Positions 49,423-58,783 of a stretch of 64,000 bases of DNA are shown here, piece after piece. The translations under genes were made by a program, and so were the position numbers. Position 1 is the first letter of the stretch. Every line of letters begins with the position of its first letter. Under the pieces are notes generated by a model that was given only the letters and a program-made list of their open reading frames with translations, made no database searches and was not told where the DNA came from. Source of the stretch: Deltaproteobacteria bacterium (GTDB lineage: Bacteria; Desulfobacterota; Syntrophia; Syntrophales; UBA2210). The stretch covers positions 2,667-66,666 of the forward strand of contig JAFDBG010000001.1 of NCBI GenBank assembly GCA_019313385.1, written 5' to 3'.

Positions 49423-49445
49423 GGGGGGGAAGGGGGGGGGAGGGG
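49423..49445. repeat. G-tract G7-AA-G9-A-G4 (C-rich on the coding, minus strand)
   Basis: ctGGGGGGGaaGGGGGGGGGaGGGGc, about 180-200 nt upstream of the fadD start codon. Confidence 0.9.
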
Positions 49446-49460
49446 CAGACTCCATTTAAG

Positions 49461-49495
49461 AAAAAAGGCCCCCTGATCTTGGAGATCGGGGGGCC
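49461..49495 (-). terminator. intrinsic terminator after the Etf-linked Fe-S oxidoreductase gene
   Basis: A 12-bp stem (49467-78 pairs with 49484-95, one G-U pair) and a 5-nt loop. T6 follows on the minus strand (A6 at 49461-66). Confidence 0.8.
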
Positions 49496-49541
49496 TGATC
49501 AATCACGCTGACAGGATTTTTTAATCCGTCCCGGCTGGAGT

Positions 49542-51680
49542 TTACTCTTTCGGGGCGTTCTCTTCAGGAACATCGGCCACGACTTCTTCAATGCCCATGG
49601 CTTGCCAGACTATCTCCGCGATATCAAGGGCATTCATCTTCTCTTCCATCTCGCGATCCTTGATACCATCCGACATCATCGTGAGGCAGAAGGGACAGGC
49701 AACCGCTATTGTGTCCGCTTTTACTTCAATGGCCTGGTCCGTCCTCATGTCATTGATCCGCTCTCCGATATCCTCTTCCATCCACATCCTCCCGCCGCCA
49801 GCGCCGCAGCAGAAACTCCTGTTGTTATTGCTGGCCATCTCGGACAGTTTCATGCCTGGAACGGCCGCGAGTATCTTCCTCGGCTGTTCGTAGATATCGT
49901 TGTACCTGCCAAGGAAGCAGGAGTCGTGATATGTGAACAGACCGCTGACCGGCTCCTTCAACCTGAGTTTGCCTTGAGCGATAAGATCGGCGATTATCTC
50001 TGTGTGGTGATAGACCTCAAAATTGCCGCCAAAATGCGGATAGTCCTTCTTGAGGGTGTTATATCCGTGGGGGCAGGTGCAGATAACTTTTTTCACTCCA
50101 TACTTGTTCATTGCGTCTACGTTCATCTGCATCAAGGTCTGCGACAGGTATTCATTCCCGCCCCTCATGGCGGAATCGCCGCAGCAGCTCTCTTCCTCAC
50201 CTAGTATGCCGAAACTTACGCCGGCCTCCATCAGGAGTTTGGCAAACGCGACAGTGACCTTTTTCCCCCTGTCATCAAAAGACCCGGAACATCCCACATA
50301 GAAGAGATACTCCACATCCGGTTTCTCGGCCAGTGTCTTGACACCCAGTTCCTTGGCCCAGTCTCCCCTCATGTGGGCCCCTATCCCCCAGGGGTTGGAA
50401 TTGTTCTCCATATTTTTGTAAGTCAGCTGCAGTTCCGGAGAGAAATCCGCTTCCATAAGGACCTTGTACTGCCTCATGCCGACGATCATCGGAACGTGCT
50501 CATTGTATACCGGGCAGACCTCCATACAGGCCATACAGTTTGTGCACGCCCACAGTTCGTGGAGATCGATAACTCCGCCCACCATCACCTTTTCCGGCTC
50601 CGGTATGACGGGCTCTTCCCCCTCTTTGGCCGCATTTTTTGCCGCTATCACGACAGGTGCCCTTTCCAGCCAGTATTCCTTGATATCCTGATGCAGTTTC
50701 TTCGGGGAAAGTGGTTTGCCCGACAGATAGGCGGGACACACATCCTGGCACCTTCCACACCTCAGACACGCATCGGAATTAAAAATCTGTTTCCACGTGA
50801 AATCCTCAAGCTGCCCTACACCGAATGACTCGGCATTTTCAAAGTCGGCGATCGGCTCAAGATATCCCGTGGGTTTCAGCGATCTCATGTACTGGTTGGC
50901 CGGAGCGAGAACAATATGTATCAGCTTTGAGAAGGGCAGATACGCGATAAAGCCAAAGGCCAGAAACGCGTGTATCCACCACGTCCACTGGTGAAGAATC
51001 TCAACAGTATTGTAGCTTACACCGGTGAGGGTCTTCGCAAGGGCATATCCCACAAACGACCATCCGCCCCAGGTATATCCGTTCACATTGACATTCACAT
51101 GCAGTCTGAACGCCTCGAGCAGAAATCCCGTTATAATAATCCCGGCTATCAGGGTCAGAATAATCGCATCATCCGCGATGGTATCGGATTTCCCCCTGTA
51201 TTCCAGCCTTTCCGGTTTCTGGATATATCTTCTCCAGACCGCCAGCGCGATGCCGGCTAGGACTGCCAGACCGAACACTTCCATGGTGAATGAAAACCAG
51301 AGATAGAATCCGCCGTTGAAGAAGGGAACAAGGAAGGGCATGTGAAAGTGTGTAGCGTCAAAGGCCGCGCCGAATATCAGGACAAAAAAGCCAAAGAATA
51401 TAAGGGCGTGCATAATGCCGGGATACGCTTCCCTGAATGTCCTTACCTGCAGGAGGCCATTGAGAAGGAGGGATTTGACCCTCTCCCCCGGCTTATCGAT
51501 CCTGCCCTCCGGCCGGCCGATCGCCTTCCACAGCTGCCAGCGCCTGTAAAAACCATAGGCACACACCGCCATGGCGATCGCCGCGAATATAAAAAGAATC
51601 AGTTCAGACGGAAAGGGGGCATTCCAGAATATCTCTCTTCCCTCATTTCCTACCGTGTATGCAGCTGCGCCGTGTGCCAT
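49542..51680 (-). CDS. membrane-bound Fe-S oxidoreductase: N-terminal NarI/DsrM-like polytopic domain fused to an HdrD/GlpC-like domain (2x[4Fe-4S] + 2 CCG domains)
   Basis: About 5-6 N-terminal TM helices. Ferredoxin motifs CLRCGRCQDVCP and CTNCMACMEVCP. CCG-domain cysteines are present (VGCSGSF...EESCCGDS and DSCFLGR...RSFCCGAGGG). It lies directly downstream of etfBA. Confidence 0.88.
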   Translation of the reverse strand: MAHGAAAYTVGNEGREIFWNAPFPSELILFIFAAIAMAVCAYGFYRRWQLWKAIGRPEGRIDKPGERVKSLLLNGLLQVRTFREAYPGIMHALIFFGFFVLIFGAAFDATHFHMPFLVPFFNGGFYLWFSFTMEVFGLAVLAGIALAVWRRYIQKPERLEYRGKSDTIADDAIILTLIAGIIITGFLLEAFRLHVNVNVNGYTWGGWSFVGYALAKTLTGVSYNTVEILHQWTWWIHAFLAFGFIAYLPFSKLIHIVLAPANQYMRSLKPTGYLEPIADFENAESFGVGQLEDFTWKQIFNSDACLRCGRCQDVCPAYLSGKPLSPKKLHQDIKEYWLERAPVVIAAKNAAKEGEEPVIPEPEKVMVGGVIDLHELWACTNCMACMEVCPVYNEHVPMIVGMRQYKVLMEADFSPELQLTYKNMENNSNPWGIGAHMRGDWAKELGVKTLAEKPDVEYLFYVGCSGSFDDRGKKVTVAFAKLLMEAGVSFGILGEEESCCGDSAMRGGNEYLSQTLMQMNVDAMNKYGVKKVICTCPHGYNTLKKDYPHFGGNFEVYHHTEIIADLIAQGKLRLKEPVSGLFTYHDSCFLGRYNDIYEQPRKILAAVPGMKLSEMASNNNRSFCCGAGGGRMWMEEDIGERINDMRTDQAIEVKADTIAVACPFCLTMMSDGIKDREMEEKMNALDIAEIVWQAMGIEEVVADVPEENAPKE

Positions 51681-51779
51681 AATGCCTCCACCTCCATATA
51701 TAATAGTCCCTCAGGGGTAAGAAGTCTCAAGTTCCGAGTTAAAACTAAAACCTGACCCCTTCCCCGGTTAATCCTGTCC

Positions 51780-51816
51780 AAAAAAAAGGGGATGGCATAA
51801 ATCACCCACCCCCTTT
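51780..51816 (-). terminator. possible terminator or attenuating hairpin between etfA and the Fe-S oxidoreductase gene
   Basis: The minus strand reads AAAGGGG-[18 nt]-CCCCTTT followed by further T (T8 in total). The large loop lowers my confidence. Confidence 0.4.
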
Positions 51817-51822
51817 CAAGCC

Positions 51823-52797
51823 TTAAAGTATCTTCTTCGCTTCCGCGGTCACTTCAGGGACAACACTGAAGAGATCGTCCACAATACCATAATCGGCCTT
51901 CGCAAAAATCGGGGCCTCGGCATCCTTATTGATCGCGACGATATATTTCGAAGAGCTCATACCAGCAAGATGCTGAATGGCACCGGAGATGCCACAGGCA
52001 ATGTACAGGTTCGGAGAAACAACCTTACCGGTCTGCCCCACCTGATCCGACTGAGGTCTCCATCCCGCATCAACTGCCGCCCTTGACGCGCCGACTGCCG
52101 CGCCGAGAACTCCTGCCAGGTCTTCAATAACCTTGTACTCGTCCGAACCCTTCATTCCGCGTCCGCCGGCAACTATGATATCCGCTTCAGTAAGATCGAT
52201 CTTGCCGCTCGCGTCCTTCTGTGTTTCAAGCACCTTTGTTTTGAGCGCGTCAGCGGCGATACCCGCGTCAAACTTCACCACCTCGCCGGCCTTTGCGTTT
52301 TCCACCGCGGCGAAGACTTTCGGCCGCAGAGACGCCATCTGGGGATAACTCTCCACAACATATTCCCCGAACACCTTGCCCGCGTACATCGGCCTGGTGG
52401 CGAGAAGCCTGCCATCGGCTATCTTTACATCCGTGCAGTCCGAGGCCATCCCGGTGGCCAGTTTCCCCACCAGTCTCGACGAAAGATCCTTGCCCTGAAC
52501 CGACGCGGACAGAAGCAGGATGGATACGTCATTTTCCTTCACAACCTTCGCAACCGCCTCGCTGTAAGCGTCTGTCGTATAATCCGCAAACATGGCGTCA
52601 TCCGCCACATAGACCTTATCCACACCATATTTGGCCAGCTCCGGGGCAAATCCTTCTACTCCAGATCCCACCAGAACCGCGCTCACATCCTCACCCAGTT
52701 CATCCGCGAGTTTCCTCGCCACGCTCGCTATCTCAAAAGAGACACTGCGAAGGGCGCCATCTCTCTGCTCAGCAACTATCCATACACCTTTTGCCAT
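51823..52797 (-). CDS. etfA: electron transfer flavoprotein alpha subunit
   Basis: The FAD-binding C-terminal region is present (GGRGMKG...AVGASRAAVDAGW...QVGQTGKVVSPNLYIACGISGAIQH). The ATG at 52797 (MAKGVWIV) has GGAGGA 8 nt upstream, and the track start at 52812 is an alternative. Confidence 0.94.
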   Translation of the reverse strand: MAKGVWIVAEQRDGALRSVSFEIASVARKLADELGEDVSAVLVGSGVEGFAPELAKYGVDKVYVADDAMFADYTTDAYSEAVAKVVKENDVSILLLSASVQGKDLSSRLVGKLATGMASDCTDVKIADGRLLATRPMYAGKVFGEYVVESYPQMASLRPKVFAAVENAKAGEVVKFDAGIAADALKTKVLETQKDASGKIDLTEADIIVAGGRGMKGSDEYKVIEDLAGVLGAAVGASRAAVDAGWRPQSDQVGQTGKVVSPNLYIACGISGAIQHLAGMSSSKYIVAINKDAEAPIFAKADYGIVDDLFSVVPEVTAEAKKIL

Positions 52798-52822
52798 TCT
52801 TTTATCCTCCATCCCTTTTCCG

Positions 52823-53584
52823 TTAAATTACCTTGGCCTCTTCCCTCAACAATTTGACCAGATCAGCAGCCTTCGCGGCCGGATCATCACCTGCAATGAT
52901 CTTTCCAGGGGCTCTTTCCGAGGGGGGAGTCATTCTGGCAATCTTTGCCTTCGGCGCAACATCTATACCTAGGGCTGCCGCGTCCTTAACATCAACCGGT
53001 TTCTTCTTCGCCTTCATAATACCGGGCAGGGACGCGTAACGTGGTTCATTCAATCCCTTCTGCGCGGTAACAACGCACGGCATCGGGCTCTCTATGACCA
53101 GCTGCGCTCCTTCTATGGGCTTGATGGCCTTCACCTTGCCATCCGCCACCTCGAATCCGGTTACGATTGTGATCTGCGGCATTCCAAGAAGCTCGGCCAG
53201 GACAGAACCCACCTGACCGGAGTCATCGTCAATCGCCCTCTGTCCGCAGAAGATGACATCGGGGTTGATCTCCTTTATAGCTGCCGCCAGGGCAGCTGCC
53301 GTGTTATAGGCATCCGCATCATCAATCGTTATATGCACACCTTTGTCCGCGCCCATGGCAAGGGCGGTCCTGATTGTCTCCATTGTCCGCGCCGGGCCGA
53401 GGGATACAACCGTCACATCTCCGCCATTCGCCTCTTTCAGTTTCAGGGCTTCTTCGACACCATACTCATCATAGGGATTCATCACCCACTTGATTCCGCC
53501 CTCCTCAATGCCTGAACCGTCCGCCTTCAACTTGATCAACGCCTCGGTATCAGGAACCTGTTTTACACACGCAACTATGTTCAC
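52823..53584 (-). CDS. etfB: electron transfer flavoprotein beta subunit
   Basis: MNIVACVKQVPDTEA..., and the motifs NPYDEYGVEEALKLKE and IFCGQRAIDDDSGQVG. Confidence 0.95.
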   Translation of the reverse strand: MNIVACVKQVPDTEALIKLKADGSGIEEGGIKWVMNPYDEYGVEEALKLKEANGGDVTVVSLGPARTMETIRTALAMGADKGVHITIDDADAYNTAAALAAAIKEINPDVIFCGQRAIDDDSGQVGSVLAELLGMPQITIVTGFEVADGKVKAIKPIEGAQLVIESPMPCVVTAQKGLNEPRYASLPGIMKAKKKPVDVKDAAALGIDVAPKAKIARMTPPSERAPGKIIAGDDPAAKAADLVKLLREEAKVI

Positions 53585-53604
53585 TTTTAGCCTCCTCTCT
53601 TATT

Positions 53605-53664
53605 GGGGTCAGGTCTTGCGGTTTGCCTTTTTTGATAAAAAGGCAAACCGCAGGATCTGACCCC
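53605..53664 (-). other. 28-bp hairpin between acs and etfB
   Basis: 53605-53632 pairs with 53637-53664: 28 bp including 2 G-U pairs, with a 4-nt loop. There is no flanking T-run on the minus strand. Confidence 0.6.
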
Positions 53665-53673
53665 GGTTTCTGT

Positions 53674-55644
53674 TTACAGTCTGTTTTTCACTATATCATC
53701 CACGACTGAGGGATCCGCCAGTGTTGAGGTATCGCCCAGATCGTCGACCTCGCCTGCGGCCACCTTCTTCAAGATCCTGCGCATGATCTTCCCGCTCCTC
53801 GTCTTGGGAAGACTGTCCGCCCACTGGATCTTCTCGGGAGTCGCGATAGAACCAATCTCCTTACGCACATGAGCCGTCAGCTCCTTCTTCAACTCGTTCG
53901 TCTTTTCCACACCGGCATTCAGCGTGACATAGGCATAGATCGACTGTCCCTTCAGATCATGAGGATAACCCACGACGGCCGCCTCTGCAACCGTGGGGTG
54001 GGCAACAAGGGCGCTTTCCACCTCTGCCGTTCCCATCCTGTGACCGGAGACATTGATAACATCATCGGTACGCCCGGTGATCTGGTAATAGCCGTCTTCA
54101 TCGCGCCTCGCGCCGTCACCCGCCACATAGTAGCCCGGGAACTGCTCGAAGTAGGTCTCCTGGAATCTCTTCGGATCACCATAGACACCCCTCATAAGAC
54201 CGGGCCAGGGCTTCTTGATGCAGAGGGCGCCGCTCGCGACCTTGTTGTCTATTTCCTTGCCGTCTTCGTCCATAAGCACGGGGACGACACCGAAGAAGGG
54301 CACCGTTGCCATACCCGGTTTGAGCTCAATGGCGCCGGGAAGGGGTGTGATTATTATGCCGCCATTTTCGGTCTGCCAGAAGGTATCCACGATGGGACAT
54401 TCGCCGTGCCCGATCAGTGTGTGATACCAGTTCCATGCCTCGGGATTGATCGGTTCGCCGACCGAACCGAGGATCCTCAGGGAGGATATATCCGCCTTCT
54501 TTACCCATTCGTCGCCCTCTTTGGCGATCGCGCGGATCGCTGTCGGAGCGGTGTAAAAGATGCTTACCTTGTATTTCTCCACGATCTTCCAGAACCGGCT
54601 CATGTCCGGGTAGTTGGGAACGCCTTCATACATGACCGACGTCGCCCCGTTACAGAGCGGGCCATAGACGATGTAGCTGTGACCCGTGACCCAGCCGATA
54701 TCGGCGGTGCACCAGAATATGTCATCCTCGTGGCAATCAAAGACCATCTTATGGGTATAGGCGACATAGACAAGGTACCCGCCGGTGGTATGCATGACAC
54801 CCTTCGGTTTTCCTGTGGAGCCGGATGTATAAAGGATAAAGAGGGGATCTTCGGCATCCATCCACTCAGGTTCACAGTTGGCGTCAACCTTTGCCATCTC
54901 GTCATCCCACCAGGAGTCTCTTCCCTCCGTCCAGTCACATTTGATCTTGTCGCCAACCCTGTTTACAACAATAACCTTCTCCACGGAGGGGCATTCCCCG
55001 AGCGCCTCATCTGCACTGGCCTTCTGGGGAACCGCCTTGGGTCCACGGAAGGTGCCGTTGCACACGACCAGCAGCCTGGTCGAACTGTCCTTGATCCGGT
55101 CTTTCAGCGCGTCCGGGGAAAATCCACCGAAGACGATGCAGTGGATCGCTCCGATCCTGGTGCATGCCAGCATGGCAATGGCCAGTTGGGCAACCATCGG
55201 AAGATACAGGGTTACCACGTCTCCCTTTTTGATCCCGTGAGACTTGAGGACATTGGCAAACCTGCAGACCTTTTCATGAAGTTCCCTGTAGGTGTAACCT
55301 TTGGCTTCACCGGGCTCGTTCCCCTCCCACTGGATGGCTATCTTGTCGCCCCTCGTCGCGAGGTGCCTGTCAAGACAGTTATAGGAGACGTTCAGCTTGC
55401 CACCTTCAAAGTACTTGAGAAAGATGTCGCCCTTTCTGTAATCAAAGTTATAGTCTTCGACCTTGTCCCATTTTTTGAACCATTCAACGGTCTCCCCCGC
55501 AACCTCACCCCAGAAGCCCTCGGGGTCTTCGATGGAGCGTTTGTAAAGCTTATCGTACTCCGCCCTGCTCTTGATGTAAGCCTTCCCCCTTACCGCGTCG
55601 GGCACGGGATAAACCTCTTTCAGCTCTACCTTCTGTTCTGCCAT
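53674..55644 (-). CDS. acs: acetyl-CoA synthetase (acetate-CoA ligase, AMP-forming)
   Basis: [66 protein letters not shown] and [12 protein letters not shown]. 656 aa. Confidence 0.97.
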   Translation of the reverse strand: MAEQKVELKEVYPVPDAVRGKAYIKSRAEYDKLYKRSIEDPEGFWGEVAGETVEWFKKWDKVEDYNFDYRKGDIFLKYFEGGKLNVSYNCLDRHLATRGDKIAIQWEGNEPGEAKGYTYRELHEKVCRFANVLKSHGIKKGDVVTLYLPMVAQLAIAMLACTRIGAIHCIVFGGFSPDALKDRIKDSSTRLLVVCNGTFRGPKAVPQKASADEALGECPSVEKVIVVNRVGDKIKCDWTEGRDSWWDDEMAKVDANCEPEWMDAEDPLFILYTSGSTGKPKGVMHTTGGYLVYVAYTHKMVFDCHEDDIFWCTADIGWVTGHSYIVYGPLCNGATSVMYEGVPNYPDMSRFWKIVEKYKVSIFYTAPTAIRAIAKEGDEWVKKADISSLRILGSVGEPINPEAWNWYHTLIGHGECPIVDTFWQTENGGIIITPLPGAIELKPGMATVPFFGVVPVLMDEDGKEIDNKVASGALCIKKPWPGLMRGVYGDPKRFQETYFEQFPGYYVAGDGARRDEDGYYQITGRTDDVINVSGHRMGTAEVESALVAHPTVAEAAVVGYPHDLKGQSIYAYVTLNAGVEKTNELKKELTAHVRKEIGSIATPEKIQWADSLPKTRSGKIMRRILKKVAAGEVDDLGDTSTLADPSVVDDIVKNRL

Positions 55645-55799
55645 CTCTTTGCTGCCGCCGTTATATACTGATATATTATTTTCGTGTCTTCATCCGATCA
55701 TACCACCAACTCAAGGTCACAATATGACCAGAGTCCATATTCAGATCAGAGCGCAGTGAGATAACCAAAAAAAGGGATGGATGTCAAGGAAAAACGTGG

Positions 55800-55832
55800 A
55801 AAAAAGAAGGCCGGGGGAAATTTCCCCCGGCC
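55800..55832 (-). terminator. intrinsic terminator of porin gene 1
   Basis: GGCCGGGGGAAATTTCCCCCGGCC is a perfect palindrome (55809-55832). On the minus strand TTCTTTTTT follows. Confidence 0.8.
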
Positions 55833-55879
55833 TCCATCAGGTTTGGTTATACTGCTAAACTTAGCTCCGGTCTCCCGAG

Positions 55880-57229
55880 TTAGAAGCTGAGAGACAGGCG
55901 AGTACCAATTTCATAGGCATTTTCCTGCGACCCACCAGCAGCTGTTTCCTTGTAGGTTGCGTCGCCGGTGAAGAGATAGGCCGCGACAACGTCCAAGTTC
56001 AGGTTACTCATAAGCTTATAAGTAGCCTTGAGATCAACCTCTGTACCCAGAACGTCCTCACCAGTAAGAGGATTTTTCTCGTTCAGCTTCGCGTACCACA
56101 GATCACCGGTCAGCGTCAGTTTTTCGGAGGCATTGAAGCTCACACCGACATTGGCCGCCATCACATTGGATATCTGGTCCTTCGGGGAGTTCGCCGACCC
56201 CTGTTCATCAAAGATGCCAAGGCCCATGATCTCCGACCAGTAGTAGCTCTGGCCCTTGGGAACCTGGAACGCTTTCACATCCTGATCATCGGTGTTATCG
56301 TCACCGGTCGCGGTGAAGACCTGCCCGTGGACAGATACCGGACCGACAGGCACGTTCAGCCCGACGGCGAACAGGGAAGCACTGATGTCGAAATCCGGAT
56401 CAGTTACAACCGGGTCAGTCGCGGAACCGGTCTCGTAGATACCGGTAAACCACACCTTGGCAGCACCCAGCTCCACGTCGATATCGGCGCCGAGGAACCA
56501 GACGTCAAGCTCTTTGAGATCGCTGGTTGAGGCCCAGTTCTGTGCATCCTTCGACGTCACATACATAACCAGGGGCTTGATCGTGGCGCCGCCCATGCTG
56601 AAGGATGGGTTGATGGCATAATAATCGACATCGTAATCGTTCATGTCTTTGCCTATGCCACCCTCATACGCCTTGATCCACGTGAAGGGAATCGTTATGC
56701 CCTCACCCGCGTAGGTAACCACGGCACCAGAGGCGTCATCGCTGAAGAGGAACCCACGGGCGAACGTGAGGCCCTGCTGACCTATCTTGATGTTCATGCC
56801 GCCAAGTGAGAAATCGACATAGGAGTTCTTTATACGGAAAGTGCCCGTAGCATCAGAACCGATATCTCCACCAACCGCGTCACCCCATGTGGTGTTAAAC
56901 TCGAACTTGTTGACAAACTTGAAGTTGTCGCTGAACTTGGCAGTGTAATAGATACGAGTCCTCGTATCCACAAGGGACTGATCCTGATTCGGGTATGTTG
57001 GTGTCGCTACCGCTGTTGCTGTGGAATCATACTCTCCAGTCGTATCATTCCAAACAGGCACGTTTACTGTTGATGTTACCACAGCCTCATCAGTTGCTCC
57101 TGAGAAATTCCCCTGTGTTACAGCCCTGGTACGCCAGTAACCACCAAAGATGTTTTCTACCGCCATCGCCGGTACCGTAAACGCAAACACGAGTACGGCC
57201 GCAAAGGCCAGAATTGCAAACTTCTTCAT
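55880..57229 (-). CDS. predicted outer-membrane beta-barrel porin (paralog 1)
   Basis: Signal peptide MKKFAILAFAAVLVFAFTVPAMA. The sequence is rich in alternating aromatic and polar residues. The C-terminus reads ...GTRLSLSF, with the terminal Phe typical of OMPs. It is a paralog of 58952..60355. Confidence 0.75.
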   Translation of the reverse strand: MKKFAILAFAAVLVFAFTVPAMAVENIFGGYWRTRAVTQGNFSGATDEAVVTSTVNVPVWNDTTGEYDSTATAVATPTYPNQDQSLVDTRTRIYYTAKFSDNFKFVNKFEFNTTWGDAVGGDIGSDATGTFRIKNSYVDFSLGGMNIKIGQQGLTFARGFLFSDDASGAVVTYAGEGITIPFTWIKAYEGGIGKDMNDYDVDYYAINPSFSMGGATIKPLVMYVTSKDAQNWASTSDLKELDVWFLGADIDVELGAAKVWFTGIYETGSATDPVVTDPDFDISASLFAVGLNVPVGPVSVHGQVFTATGDDNTDDQDVKAFQVPKGQSYYWSEIMGLGIFDEQGSANSPKDQISNVMAANVGVSFNASEKLTLTGDLWYAKLNEKNPLTGEDVLGTEVDLKATYKLMSNLNLDVVAAYLFTGDATYKETAAGGSQENAYEIGTRLSLSF

Positions 57230-57375
57230 AACTTTCCTCCTGAATTTATTGTTTTTAATCAGCTTAAACCCTTTCCATACTACTCATACTACCCTTTTTA
57301 TCCTTTCCTCGAACACCCCCTTCCCCTGACACCTATCCCTCAGGCATCCACTACACGGCATTTTGCGATACGCTT

Positions 57376-57400
57376 ACACTACCATTACACCAATGTCAAG
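57376..57400 (-). promoter_or_regulatory. conserved upstream block of porin gene 1 (probable promoter)
   Basis: The minus strand reads CTTGACATTG (57400-57391), 7 nt, then GGTAGTGT (57383-57376). The same two blocks occur upstream of porin gene 2. Confidence 0.35.
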
Positions 57401-57626
57401 CTATTCCTGAAAGAAATCGCGGGAAGAACAAGCTAAAAACATTACAAAAACACCCAAAAAGAGTCCGTCATATTACATTCACCATCCAGACGTGATGCCT
57501 GACGTTTCGAATGCACCAGGCGTTCACCATTTTAGTATTATTAATTCAACCCTGCCATCCAGGTTTCCATATCTTTTCATTCAACAGGTAACACCAGAAG
57601 GTTGATGCTGTTTCTATAGTCTGTGC

Positions 57627-57655
57627 TTGACGTTTCGGCTGATTGAAGATAAATA
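57627..57655 (+). promoter_or_regulatory. candidate sigma70-type promoter of the lipoprotein gene
   Basis: TTGACG (57627-32), a 17-nt spacer, then TAAATA (57650-55), about 60 nt upstream of ATG 57716. Confidence 0.4.
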
Positions 57656-57715
57656 AACAGACTGGATATATAGAAAATCCGGTCTGAGCAAGACACGACA
57701 AAGAGGTGTGATAGT

Positions 57716-58684
57716 ATGAAGAAGGCATTATATGGCATTGTTTCGATAGCATTTCTTTTCATCTTCGGGTGCGCGGGGGAGATGGACAGCATGCGGGCAG
57801 AACTGGCTCAGCTGCAGCCGAAGATGGGGGTTGCCGACAATATATTCCACTCGTCGTCCCCAGCAGTAAAACTGAAACTGCCTCCCGGACTCGTATTCAG
57901 AGGGAAGATCCGCGAAGGGGAGGGTGACAACCAGCAGCAGCCGGGTCGCATATCAGACCCCATGGAATACATCTTTGAGCGATCCTCCTATCTGTTCGAA
58001 CAGACCGGAGACGACGGCGCCTTCGAGCGGGGCATTCTGATACGGATCTACCGGGTCATGGGAAACCCGGAGCAGAAAGTCCCGGAGATGTTCCCCCGGG
58101 CGTGGAGACCCCTGGAGACGGGCGCCATAAAGATCATGAAGGATGACTACACCTATCGCATCCTCGCCTGCCCGCATGTCCTGCTGCAGGGGGAGCGGGA
58201 GATTCCTTCGAATCACGGCGCGGCTGGATGTCTCCTGGCAAAGGGACTGGAGCGACGGGCCGGATTCGGCAATAAATCCCGTATGCAGATCATCTACTTC
58301 GAACCGCTCCCGCAGGGCATGCCCTGCGATATATGGAGAGACGTGGACAATCTCTCGCAGGAACAAAAGACCATCCTGTCCGGATTTATCGACAGGAGTT
58401 ACCAGGGAATCCGATTCATGAAGAAGGATTCCGTCGTCAACGCCGCATCCCTCTATGTGGACAAGGTGGACATGGACGGCGGTGACGCCACAACCCGGTA
58501 CACAACTACGCCTGAACCCGAAGAGGTGGAGACGCCCGGGCGCGTTGAGACACCCGCACCCGAAGCAGGCGCGGAGTCCGTGGTCGAAAAGCGGCTCGAG
58601 ACGCTGAAAAGACTCTTCGACAAGGGACTGATCACGCCGGAGGATTACGACACAAAGAAGGCACAGATCCTGGAAGACATTTGA
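57716..58684 (+). CDS. lipoprotein of unknown function with C-terminal SHOCT-like domain
   Basis: Lipobox FLFIFG|C after MKKALYGIVSIA. A Pro/Glu/Thr-rich linker follows, then KRLETLKRLFDKGLITPEDYDTKKAQILEDI, the SHOCT pattern. I recognise no motif in the central domain. Confidence 0.75.
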   Translation: MKKALYGIVSIAFLFIFGCAGEMDSMRAELAQLQPKMGVADNIFHSSSPAVKLKLPPGLVFRGKIREGEGDNQQQPGRISDPMEYIFERSSYLFEQTGDDGAFERGILIRIYRVMGNPEQKVPEMFPRAWRPLETGAIKIMKDDYTYRILACPHVLLQGEREIPSNHGAAGCLLAKGLERRAGFGNKSRMQIIYFEPLPQGMPCDIWRDVDNLSQEQKTILSGFIDRSYQGIRFMKKDSVVNAASLYVDKVDMDGGDATTRYTTTPEPEEVETPGRVETPAPEAGAESVVEKRLETLKRLFDKGLITPEDYDTKKAQILEDI

Positions 58685-58759
58685 TTTGATAAAGACAGGG
58701 CGATCAGAGACCGAAAGCCCAGGACCCTCAACCCCGGAATTCAGAAGCGTAAAGCAGCG

Positions 58760-58783
58760 CTTGACATTGTAAATTGGTAGTGT
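58760..58783 (+). promoter_or_regulatory. conserved upstream block of porin gene 2 (probable promoter)
   Basis: CTTGACATTG (58760-69), 6 nt, then GGTAGTGT (58776-83), about 170-190 nt upstream of ATG 58952. Confidence 0.35.

Noticed and set aside
49264-49455. 63-aa minus-strand ORF (MESAPPPPFPPS...) upstream of fadD
   Set aside because: Its N-terminus is simply the translation of the C-rich complement of the G-tract. It has no RBS and no recognisable fold, and it lies in a promoter/terminator region.
53869-55671. 600-aa ORF on the plus strand spanning the whole acs locus
   Set aside because: It is antisense to an unmistakable acetyl-CoA synthetase, whose AMP-binding motifs are all intact on the minus strand. 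The translated product is low-complexity and Arg/Gly/Pro/His-rich, with no recognisable motifs, no RBS and no signal. This is a typical shadow ORF caused by codon bias.
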